Shown here: one piece after another, positions 21,301-30,400 of the stretch
Numbering within the stretch: the stretch's first letter is position 1
Layout: every line of letters starts with the position of its first letter
From: an uncultured Veillonellaceae bacterium
Lineage (GTDB): Bacteria > Bacillota > Negativicutes > JARBTT01
Direction: 5' to 3'
DNA length: 64,000 nucleotides
Assembly (NCBI GenBank): GCA_963805085.1
Contig: CAWDTA010000003.1
Span: 192,001-256,000, forward strand
The notes under the pieces: generated by a model
The model's database searches: none
What the model saw: the letters and a program-made list of their open reading frames with translations, nothing else
Told to the model about the DNA's origin: nothing
Made by a program: the position numbers and the translations under genes

Positions 21301-24023
21301 ATCAACAATATCAGTCTTTCGATTCAGATATTATTAGAGAATCGGCAATTTCTGTATCTTCTTACAGCTTTATTGCAAATAGAGTTTCTCATTATTTTAA
21401 TCTCCAAGGTCCCAGCATAGCTATTGATACTATGTGTTCATCTGCTTCCAATGCGATTCATATGGCTTGTGAAAGTCTGATAAAAGGAGAGTGTCAGATA
21501 GCCATTGCCGGAGGAGTTAATCTTTCAATTCATCCTAAAAAATACCTAGGCTTAAGCTTGTCTCAAATGCTTGGCAGCCATATTAACAGCAGAAGTTTTG
21601 GTAATGGAGACGGATATCTCCCTTCTGAAGGCGTGGGCGCCGTATTATTGAAACCGCTTGATAGGGCAATCAGGGATAAGGATTCTATTCTAGCCATTAT
21701 TAAATCGACAGCAATCAATCATGGAGGACGTTCTAATGGATTTTCTGTTCCTAATCCAAATGCACAGGCACAACTAATTGAAGAAAATTTTAACAAATCA
21801 GGAATTGATCCACGGACTATTAGTTATGTCGAAGCTGCCGCGAATGGATCTGCATTAGGGGATCCTATTGAGGTCGCCGCATTGAGTAAAGCTTTTCAGA
21901 AATTTACGACTGATCAACAATTTTGTGCGATTGGGTCTGTAAAATCCAATATTGGACACGCCGAAGCAGCTTCAGGAATTTCCCAACTTACCAAAGTTAT
22001 TTTACAATTGCAGCATCAACAATTGGTTCCATCGATTAAAGCGGAACCATTGAATCCCAATATAAACTTTAACAATACTCCGTTTTATTTACAAAAAGAA
22101 CTTCAGGAATGGAAGCGCCCAGTGGTGAGCATCGACGGGAATGAGCGCGAGATTCCGAGACGCGCAACAGTTAGTTCATTTGGGGCAGGAGGATCGAATG
22201 TCCATTTTATATTGGAAGAATATATACCTCTTAAAGAAAAAACAATTCCGATTCACATCAATCCAGTAGTTCAGCCACAAATTGTTATCTTTTCAGCTAG
22301 GAACTCCAATAGATTACAAGCAGTTGTCCAACAGATTCTTGAATTTGTAGAAGAACAAAAGGATATTTCCTTGGTTAGTCTTGCTTATACCCTTCAACTG
22401 GGGCGTGAAGCGATGGAATCTCGTGTGGCAATGGTAGCGAGTAATCGGGAACAGTTAATCCAAGGCATGAAGGAGTATTTGAAATCGGTTAAAGAAGACA
22501 GCAGAGAAAAGACCTCTATACCTATTTTTACAGGAGATCTGGAAGAGGAATATTCTGAGGTTAGAAACTTGCTTTCAGGGAAGCTGGCAGAGACTGTAGT
22601 ACAAACACTTTTAACAGAAAATAATATCGAAAAGATAGCACTCTATTGGACCCAAGGAGGAAAGATTCCATGGAATTTGTTCCATAAAGGGGAAAGATTC
22701 CACATGATATCTTTGCCTACCTATCCCTTTGAGAGAAGGCGGTGTTGGATTAAGTCAAAAAAAGAGACGGGATTGAATGTACAGTCGCATATAGATAATA
22801 TTATAGACTTTGTTGCAACGAAGGATGATACATCCATTGCCGACCGTATAGTTGATATCGTATCCGGCTTATTAGGAATGACGGCTTCTGAACTCAATAC
22901 TAATAGACCGTTGGAACAATATGGCTTTGATTCAATTCTTTTACTGTCATTACTCCAACGATTGCAGTATCAGGTAGATCCGTCTCTCACTTTGGATAGG
23001 TTGAGGAAATTTAGAACAACACAGGACATTATAAATAGTTTACGGCTACAAATAGGAGACGAATCAATATTGCAGAGTCAACAAGCTGTAAATTCTGTTC
23101 CAAAAGCTAAAAAATCAGTTCTTGAAAACTGCCCCGAATTTCCGGAACTGATTCATCTCAATTTAAGTACTAAAGGAAAACCAGTATTTTGGTTTCATGG
23201 AGGATTAGGTGGAGTAGAAGCATATCAAGGAATTGCTAAGAAGAGTCAACGCCCTTTTTATGGGATTCAAGCACGAGGCTGGATGAGTGATGAATCCCCA
23301 TTACAAGGGATTCAGGTGATGGCTGCGTATTATGTGGATATTATACGATCAGTGCAACCGGAAGGTCCTTATGATCTGGGTGGATATTCTTTAGGTGGTA
23401 GTATAGCATATGAAGTCACGCGTCAATTACAAGAGTTGGGGCAAGTGGTTGATACGATTGTCATGGTAGATTCACTAGATAGCACTCAATTGAAAAAAGC
23501 AGAAATTTTTCCAAAAACCGTGATTTTACAAACAGTTAACATGGCATTAGTATCTACAATTTTACAAGAACCAGAAAAAATAGCTCATACGCTTATCCAT
23601 CGGGATGAAGTGAACTCAAATGTAGCGGATGAAGAGTTTTTTAAGCAAGTGATAACGCTTGCAAAAAAACGCGGATTGACCAAACAGGAAAATCAATTGC
23701 ATGCTCAGATTGAGCAAAGCATAAGGGTTCAACAGGCATATGAAATAAAAAATTGTTTAGTTTTGCCGCTACTTGATCCTCAAGCGGTAACTTGTTACTA
23801 TTTTCGTAATAAAAGCGGATTGTTTTTTGGCGAATTAAAACCATATTTTACACTAGCAATTGATGAATTTGAATTAGAAAACATAAATTATTGGGAAGAG
23901 TGGGCGCGACAGCTTCCCAATTTCAACATGACGGATGTGGATTCTTCCAATCATTTAGTGTTGTTGTCTGAAACTAAGTCATTTGAAGCAATCGCTGCTT
24001 TTTGTGAAAAATTTTATTCATAA
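15366..24023 (+). CDS. trans-AT PKS, terminal protein: docking-ECH2-KS-DH-KR-ACP-KS0-ACP-TE
   Basis: Likely start is ATG 15366 after GGGAGAG. PksI-like ECH (GYDSYFASGGTKEGL, MQGHAIGAG, YGFTPGAGAT) at ~15570-16290. KS TACSSS/HGTGT, DH DHIVKGQRVLPG, KR GQADY, ACP GVDSIM. KS0 has EAAANGS (~21831) in place of HGTGT. ACP GFDSIL. TE GYSLG (~23382). Confidence 0.95.
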   Translation: MGIKSNKMIIKKEEILRAVQAGEISPEQGSKELREMAEETVVKQLKHNSLDSSTEQHSTNNSVQQAGVDFYEVEPGIVQLTMQDRVNKNTFSYELISGLMKSFEVIKDNPKYKVVILTGYDSYFASGGTKEGLLAIYEGKAKFTDTTIYSLALDCKIPVIAAMQGHAIGAGWSMGMFCDFIIMSRESIYTSNYIKYGFTPGAGATLIFPEKLGVGLTQEILFTGKRFHGSELESKGIPFPVLPRKEVLPYAIQLAKTLSDSPREALIALKDLMTESIRERLSSTYEKELKMHEKTFVNQPEVKERIQIQYGQSPENDDDKKSLGLTMHKEKNIQSDTNPSIDSVDSKKEGVFKGNIEIPSQDSIAIIGMSGQFPKSKNLAEFWNNIARSKDCISEIPQTRWSIDKFYDPDSRVPGKTYCKCMGVLEDIDKFDPLFFGISPAEAEFMDPQQRLFLENCWGCIEDAGLNPSLLSGSRFGVFAGCAPSDYGQGPGLNAQAFTGGASSILAARISYLLNLKGPCLAIDTACSSSLVAIAEACNSLILQNTDLALAGGVYVMPGPSMHIQSSKTGMLSRDGRCFTFDNRANGFVPGEGVGVVLLKRLSDAVRDNDPIYGVIRGWGINQDGKTNGITAPSVNSQILLEKEVYQRFGINPETISLVEAHGTGTKLGDPIEVEALTESFQAFTQKKNYCALGSVKSNIGHLLLASGVTSVIKVLLALQHRMLPPTINFETLNEHICLDNTPFYINTKLQPWEVTSGTPRRACVSAFGFSGTNAHVVIEEYPSNTARTPILTNTNNPLIFVLSAKSEEQLKAYAESMKNFAESHDDFNLADMAYTLQVGRGAMDHRLAFVADSRDTLVKVLGEVVNDISSTEILVGRVKKRKNGMTQVEDTKALLQTWIQEKKLKEIAQLWVKGFNLDWDKLYIGSKPRRISLPTYPFAREHYWIPENNIELADTTATNSAQVSSIHPLLHQNTSDFSEQRFSSTLTGQEFFLADHIVKGQRVLPGVAYLEMARAAVEQAVGALEEGQTAIRLKNVVWARPIVVGDQPTKVHIGLFPEENGDITYNIYSESDAGDTEPVVCSQGSAELGLVSEVPALDLKALKAQCCQNTFSSTQCYEIFRGMEINYGPGHQGIEKVYVGSGQVLAKLSLPASVSDTQNQFVLHPSLVDSALQASVGLMMGDSKDMPSGSKAPVKPSLPFALRELEVRSSCTPMMWAWIQYSEGSAAEDKVQKLDVDLCDEQGNICVRMKGFSLRVLEGELGSLKSSTNFGTLMLYPDWREKDIIEEAQVPDYTQHLVMLCEPNEVFQESIETQINGIRCITLQSEQKELGERFNIYAVQLFKEIQSIFREKPKEKVLIQVVVFNQEEQEIFTGFSGILKTAQLENPKLIGQLIEVEAAEDPISIIEKLKENSRSPIDNHIRYQDGKRLLAALCEVEVSPKIVKIPWKDQGIYMITGGAGGLGLTFAREIAYKAKGVTLILTGRSPLDENKEAQLKELQTLGARIEYKQVDMTQKKAVVDLIQSIREDFGSLNGIIHSAGVIRDNFILKKTKDEFLEVLAPKVSGLVNLDQASNDLPLDFFILFSSIAGRLGNPGQADYAAANAFMDAYAKYRNALVLTKQRQGQTLSIDWPLWQEGGMHVDEETEKKMRQDIGMIAMQTSTGIRALYQGLSSGKDQVMVMEGELKQLQATFLGQPSGKEVFKASSSIEGNKAMTTNTQELLQEKAVNYFKKLLSSVIKLPPYRIEEDAPMEKYGVDSIMGMQLTNQLEETFGSLSKTLFFEYQNIKDLTGYFLESYQNKLIELLGIEEEVAETTENTTVVLEPKKSVLSSRRRSRFAEFRTVAREEKTTGTMDIAIIGVSGRYPGSRNIQEFWTNLQGGNDCITEIPKDRWDHSLYFDEDKNKLGKTYCKWGGFLEDVDQFDPLFFNISPRDAEIMDPMTRLFLETVWNLLEDAGYTRETLQQIYQARVGVYVGAMYQQYQSFDSDIIRESAISVSSYSFIANRVSHYFNLQGPSIAIDTMCSSASNAIHMACESLIKGECQIAIAGGVNLSIHPKKYLGLSLSQMLGSHINSRSFGNGDGYLPSEGVGAVLLKPLDRAIRDKDSILAIIKSTAINHGGRSNGFSVPNPNAQAQLIEENFNKSGIDPRTISYVEAAANGSALGDPIEVAALSKAFQKFTTDQQFCAIGSVKSNIGHAEAASGISQLTKVILQLQHQQLVPSIKAEPLNPNINFNNTPFYLQKELQEWKRPVVSIDGNEREIPRRATVSSFGAGGSNVHFILEEYIPLKEKTIPIHINPVVQPQIVIFSARNSNRLQAVVQQILEFVEEQKDISLVSLAYTLQLGREAMESRVAMVASNREQLIQGMKEYLKSVKEDSREKTSIPIFTGDLEEEYSEVRNLLSGKLAETVVQTLLTENNIEKIALYWTQGGKIPWNLFHKGERFHMISLPTYPFERRRCWIKSKKETGLNVQSHIDNIIDFVATKDDTSIADRIVDIVSGLLGMTASELNTNRPLEQYGFDSILLLSLLQRLQYQVDPSLTLDRLRKFRTTQDIINSLRLQIGDESILQSQQAVNSVPKAKKSVLENCPEFPELIHLNLSTKGKPVFWFHGGLGGVEAYQGIAKKSQRPFYGIQARGWMSDESPLQGIQVMAAYYVDIIRSVQPEGPYDLGGYSLGGSIAYEVTRQLQELGQVVDTIVMVDSLDSTQLKKAEIFPKTVILQTVNMALVSTILQEPEKIAHTLIHRDEVNSNVADEEFFKQVITLAKKRGLTKQENQLHAQIEQSIRVQQAYEIKNCLVLPLLDPQAVTCYYFRNKSGLFFGELKPYFTLAIDEFELENINYWEEWARQLPNFNMTDVDSSNHLVLLSETKSFEAIAAFCEKFYS

Positions 24024-24057
24024 GAATTGGCATTTTCCTATTACCCTTTAGAGATTG

Positions 24058-24144
24058 TTTCCCGAATCGACAGTGGTATGCACATATCAGCGTTCATGCC
24101 ACCGGACTATTCGGGAAAACCATCTTATTTCGAGGAATAAGATG
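24058..24144 (+). terminator. Two adjacent hairpins downstream of the TE gene (possible terminator or 3' structure)
   Basis: tttcccgaat (24058-24067) pairs with attcgggaaa (24109-24118), with inner gtggtatg/catgccac. catcttatt (24121-24129) pairs with aataagatg (24136-24144). The following U tract is weak (atttca). Confidence 0.4.
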
Positions 24145-24202
24145 ATTTCATGACGACCTTCGAATAGGGAAGCTAAAGTTAGATCGTTTTTTACAATGTT
24201 AT

Positions 24203-24231
24203 TTGATACCTAATACAACATTTTATATAGT
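24203..24231 (+). promoter_or_regulatory. Putative sigmaA promoter for the FAAL-PKS operon
   Basis: TTGATA (24203-24208), 17-nt spacer, TATAGT (24226-24231). An inverted aatgtt...aacatt pair flanks the -35 box. Confidence 0.45.
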
Positions 24232-24295
24232 GCATCATTAGTAAGACGGGTTCTGGTTTTCGTAACCGCGCAGAACCTGCCTTACTAATGATACA
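24231..24295. other. Long inverted repeat/hairpin (25-bp stem) in the leader of the FAAL-PKS gene
   Basis: tgcatcattagtaagacgggttctg pairs with cagaacctgccttactaatgataca (2 mismatches, 1 G-U). The loop is gttttcgtaaccgcg. Confidence 0.8.
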
Positions 24296-24430
24296 AAAAA
24301 GTAGACAGAATATCCTAAATAGAGCCTTAGGCATTGTTGTTGTCCAGACCCTACTTGATTTATCATCAACAAAATGGTTTGGGGAGAATCACCGAAAAAT
24401 CTTTATTATTTTTTTTTAGGGGGAAAATAT

Positions 24431-27400
24431 ATGAAACAGGAAACGGATCATACAGGTGTATTTTTACTTGCAAAATTATTTGAACTTCATGAACAATTGC
24501 CAGAAAAAAGGCTGTTTACTTTTCAACAAGAAAAGGAAGCTCCTGATTTTCTTACCGTAAAGGCTCTTGTCAATAAAACAAAAATTCTCGGCAGTATTCT
24601 TCAGCAGAAGTTGGCACCTCAAGAAAAAGTATTGCTTCTTTTCCCCCAGGGGTTGGGATACATTTACAGTCTGCTGGCATGTTGGTATGCGAATGTTATA
24701 GCCATCCCAATTCAAATTGCGGAAGTGGCCGAACAAGAGCAAGTTTTAGCAAAAATTAGTGCGATTCTTATCGATTCACAGGCGGCATGCATTATAACAG
24801 ATACTAACTTAAAAGAATTTCTTACAACGCAACAAGTGGTTAATCAAATGCCAATATTGAATATTGACGAATTACCTTCTGATGATTTAAGCAACAGGAA
24901 AGTAAGACCGCAAGCTCCGTCAGACATTGCTCTTTTACTCTATACTTCTGGTTCTATATCTCAACCCAAAGGGGTTATGCTCAGTCACAGCAACTTATTG
25001 TCGCAAGCCTTCATGGGAGCAACTCATTGGAAAGTGAACCAGGAAAGTTGTATTGTTTCCTGGATGCCGCAATTTCATAACTTTGGGCTCTTTTTTAATC
25101 TATTGAGTCCGCTCTTAACAGGCGCCTCCAGTGTAATTTTGTCACCAAGCAGCTTTATTAAAAACCCGAAAGTATGGTTAAAGACAATTGATCAGTATCA
25201 GGCTACCCATACTGCTGCCCCTAACTTTGCCTTTGATTACTGTTGTTCCTCGATTAATGCAGTGACTTTAAAAGAGTGCTCTCTTCACTCTCTTCAGGTC
25301 ATTGTCTGCGGTGGCGAGCCGGTTTGTAAAGAAACTTATGAAAACTTTACAAAAAAATTCAAAACTTTGGGACTCCGAAAAAATATTTTTTGCGCTCACT
25401 ATGGTTTATCGGAAACGGGTTCTGTTACCACTAGCAAGCCAAGTCAACCCTTACGTTTTCTTTCTTTAGATATTTCTCTCTTGGGAGAAGGGAAAATCAA
25501 ACACACAAATCAGAAGAAGAAAAGCAAATCCGTGGCTAGTTGTGGTGAGATTGACGAAACTATACAAATATTGATTGTTCGTCCGGAAACTTGTGTGCCG
25601 TGCGTTCCAGGTGAAATAGGTGAAATCTGGATACAATCACCTTCTGTCGCCATGGGTTACCTGAATCGGCCGGAAGAAACAGAAAGCACCTTTTCCAGAG
25701 TCCTCAGCACTACAAATGAAGGAGAATTCTTCCGATCCGGAGACCTGGGCTTTATTGAAAACAACCAGTTATTTGTTGTCGGGCGGGAGAAAGAGGTAAT
25801 CATTATTCATGGCAAAAATCATCATCCTGTTGATATTGAATGGACAATTAAAAAACATATCCCGAATCTTACCCTGCCGATGGCAGTCTTCTCTTGTGAA
25901 ATAAATCAGCAGGAAAAGGTGGTGGTGGTACAAGAAGTTGAAACAGCAACGCATGATACGGTGTATAAAAAACGAATCGGTGAGATATTGGCCGCCGTAT
26001 CAAAAACTCATGAAATTGAAGTATATGAAATTGTTTTTATTGAAAAAGGAATGATTCCGAAAACAGGCAGTGGTAAAGTCCAGAGAAAACTATGCCGCAA
26101 TTTATATATAAATCAAGAATTGTCGGTTCTTTACAAATATCAGCACAGAGGCGCTGGCGTACAATCCAAAGTCAAAACTTCGCCACCTCAACTAGATGGT
26201 GACATTCTGGCAATCTTAAAACAGCAGGTCTTTCTCCCCGTTCTCAGCACTGATCTTGCTGGACTGGAAGAGGTAGCGACGTTTAGTCAATTGGGGCTGG
26301 ATTCAATCCAATATATACAGATTTCCAAGAGAATTGAAACTGTTTTTGATATTGAGTTTGCTCCGGTTATACTGTTTAAATATTCCTGCTTTACGGAGCT
26401 GGTAGAATATCTTTCCTCACAAATAGAGAAACGGCAAAGTCAAGGAATTGATCCGATTAAAGCCCAAGCTGATATATGCGCAGATACTTCAAAAGTGAGA
26501 GAAACAAGTATTGCTATAATTGGCGTTCATTATAATTTCCCAGGGGGAACCAGCAATTCGGATGATTTTTGGGAAAGTCTCATGCAACAAAAAGATTGCA
26601 TTACGCCGATAGCAGAAAGCCGGCCGCAGATTGTAGCAGATTGTCAAAATTATAACGGTATGCTTGAATCTTTCCCGCCTTGGGGGGGATTTATTAAAGA
26701 TGTTGAATTATTTGATGCTCCTTTTTTTGGTATATCGCCACTTGAGGCTGAGAGTATGGATCCTCAACAACGCAAAGTGTTAGAACTTATCTGGAGTGTT
26801 ATCGAAAATAGTGGCTACAACCCTTATAAATTGGCAGGCAAAGACATCGGCCTATTCGTAGGAGCACATAACAGTGAGTATGCGGAACTGGTTGCAAGCC
26901 AACCTGAGCTCATTGATACTTATGGAGCTTATCTGGATACAGGACTCCATATGAGTATGATCGCTCATCGGATTTCCCGTTGGTTTAATTTCCGTGGTCC
27001 TAGCGAAGTTGTTAATACTGCTTGTTCCAGTTCATTGGTGGCAATTCACCATGCTGTGGAATCAATTTATCGAGGAGAAAGCAGTATGGCCATTGCCGGA
27101 GGGATTAATCTTATATTGGCATCTCGTACGTATCGAGCCAGTAATAAAGCCGGCATGTTGTCAAAGGACGGACGCTGTAAAACTTTTGATGAAGCGGCAG
27201 ATGGATTTGTGCGTGCAGAAGGATATGGTGCTGTGCTGCTCAAACCATATAGACAAGCTATTGAAGACAAGGACACTATTTATGGCGTTATAAAAGGGGT
27301 TGTCATTAATCATGACGGGCATTCCAATTCACTACGGGCTCCGAATCTCAATGCACAAAAAGAGCTAATTAAAGCAGCTTATCAAAAGTCCGGTCTACCT

Positions 27401-30400
27401 GTCGAAACCATCAGTTATATTGAAACTCATGGCACAGGTACACCGTTAGGCGACCCTATTGAAATTCAAGCGCTTCAGGAGGCATTTCGAGAAATCAATC
27501 CGGATCTTCCTCGTGCTTTCTGCGGACTGGGAACGGTCAAAACCAATATTGGGCATTGTGAATCGGCCGCAGGTATAGCCGGTTTGGTTAAAATACTACT
27601 TTCCATGAAGTATGGGACTCTTCCCGGTATTCTTCATTTTAAGAAGCTCAACCCTTACATTTCCTTGCAGAATAGTCCCTTCTTTATCGTGGAACAAACT
27701 AAGGAATGGAAGAGATTTAAGGATTCAAGGGGAAAGGATATTCCTCGCAGGGCAGGGATTAGTTCCTTTGGATTCGGCGGTGCTAATGCTCATGTAGTCC
27801 TTGAAGAACATATTTCGGACAGTACTACAGAGCAGATCCCTTTGCTGATGGATAATAATAAGATGGCAATTATTCCTATATCTGCGAAAACGCAAGCATG
27901 TTTGCGGACCTATGCGCAAGAACTCCATGCTTTTTTAAGCAAATCTACTGCCCAAGAACAAAACCTCCGTTATAAATTAGGAGATATTACTTTGTTGGAT
28001 TTGGCCTATACATTACAAGTGGGACGAGCAGCAATGGAAGAACGAATTGCCTTTTTGGTGGATGGAATTTCAGAATTAATGCGAAAGCTGGAGGCATTTA
28101 TACAAAATAAAAGCGATATAGATAATTGCTGGCAAGGTCATGTCAAACAAGGTAAAAATATGGTCGCGTTATTAGGGAACGATGAAGATTCTCAAGAACT
28201 GGTGCATAAATGGGTTGCGAAAAGTAAGCTTGACAAAGTCGTTCAATATTGGGTTCAAGGAGGCACAATCGAGTGGGACCTGTTGTATGATCAAGTAAAA
28301 CCACGTCGCATTAACTTACCGACGTATCCATTTGCCAAGATACGTTATTGGATACCCAAGCTTAATGCTTCTCAGGCTAACAGTACAGCGAGAGTGGGAC
28401 TAGTTAAAACTCCTGCGGGACATCATGGGACAATGATGCTTGAGCCTGGTTGGAAGGAACAGGCTATTACCCTAGGAAGCACAGTGCCTGACTATGAACA
28501 GCATCTGGTAATACTCTGTGAGCCAGCGGCAGTGTTAGGTGAAAGGATCGAATCTTACATAAACGGGGTGCGCTGTCTTGTTTTGACATCCGAGGAAGAT
28601 AACATAGCAGAGCGATTTCAGATCTATGCTTCCCGGATCTTTGAAGAGATTCATTGCATGTTTAATGGCAGCCATAAAGGTAAGCTGCTGATCCAGATTA
28701 TAGTTGTCAACCAGGCAGAAAAGTATCTTTTTTCCGGACTGTCTGGTATGTTGAAAACTGCTCACTTAGAGAATCCGAAATGTAACGGACAGTTGATTGA
28801 AATGGAAGCGGAAGTAAATTCTGATGAGATAATAGAACGGCTAGAAGAGAATAGCCTGAGTCCTATGGATCACCATATCCGCTATCAAGACGGCAAACGC
28901 TACATTGCTGATTGGAGGAAACAAGAATTTTCTCAGGAAGTAGCGGGGATCCCCTGGAAAAACCAGGGGGTCTATTTAATTACTGGCGGCACCGGCGGTC
29001 TGGGCCAAATTTTTGCCAGAGAAATTGTGAATAAAGTCAAAGATACGACTTTGATCCTCACGGGGAGATCTGTGCTGAGTGCGTTCAAGCAAGGCGAGTT
29101 AAAAGAATTGGAAACTTTGGGTGCTCGAATCGAATACAAACAAATCGATGTGACCCGAAAGGAAGCGGTTAATAATTTAATCCAATATATTCGGAAAAAT
29201 TATGGACATCTCCATGGCATCATCCATAGTGCAGGTGTGAGTAAAGCCAATTTCATTCGCAAGAAAACCCAAGAAGAATTGCAGGAGGTGCTGGCTCCCA
29301 AGGTTGCCGGAGTCGTGAATCTGGATCAGGCCAGCCGGGATCTGCCCCTCGACTTTTTTGTACTTTTTTCTTCCATAGCAGGAAGCTTAGGCGTTGTAGG
29401 CCAGGCCGATTATGCGGCAGCGAATGCCTTTATGGACGCCTATGCCAAGTATCGCAATACTATGGTGGCGTCGAAAGAACGCCACGGTCAAACCCTGTCA
29501 ATCAACTGGCCGCTGTGGCAAGAAGGCGGAATGCGCATTGATGCAGAAACAGCAAAGACGATGCAGCAAAACACGGGGATGATTGCTATGCAAACCACAA
29601 CTGGTATCTGGGCCTTTTATCAAGCCTTAGCCTCTGGCAAGGCGCAAGTGATGGTAACGGAAGGTGATTTATTGCACATGCAGGCACAATTGTTGGAAGT
29701 TTTGCCCGAAGTGCATTCATCATATACCGCACAGGTTCCTGCTGCCCCCGTGGAACCATGGCTGTTGCGAGAAAAAATCTTACATCGGCTCAAAGTTCTA
29801 TTTGGAGAAGTTACAAAAATCAGTGTTGCGGGGATTGATCCCGAAGAGCCACTGGAGCGCTATGGGTTAGATTCAATCTTGATTACTCAGCTCAATCAGA
29901 AACTTGACGGTATCTTTGGAGAATTGTCAAAAACTATATTCTATGAGTACCAGACGTTGAACGCGCTGGTAGAATATTTTACTGCAGAATATCCACAGAA
30001 ATGTCTGCAGTGGATCGGACTCGAAGATCAGGTTCAGCCAATACAGGAAAAGTCAACAATGTCGCCTGCCACAGACAAAATGCCTGTGCTGGCCTCATTG
30101 AAAACAGGTAAGAAACTAACTCCCAATAATAGCGTCTATGAACCGATTGCCATCATTGGTATAAGTGGGCGTTATCCAAAAGCAAAAACATTAAAAGAGT
30201 ATTGGGATATTTTAAAAACAGGCCAGGATTGTATTACCGAAATTCCCCACGAGCGTTGGTCGATAGAGGGATTCTATCATGCAGATCCTCAAGAAGCTGT
30301 GGCACAAGGAAAAAGCTATAGCAAATGGGGTGGTTTTATCGAAGGATTCGCCGATTTTGATCCTCTCTTTTTTAGTATTGCGCCCCGGGACGCGATTAAT

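Noticed and set aside
24231-24300. Long hairpin as an intrinsic terminator
   Set aside because: It is followed by an A run on the + strand and has no proper U tract 3' of the stem on either strand.
24024-24430. Known riboswitch (e.g. c-di-GMP, T-box, SAM) in the spacer
   Set aside because: I could not match the conserved core sequences by eye. An Rfam/Infernal scan is needed.
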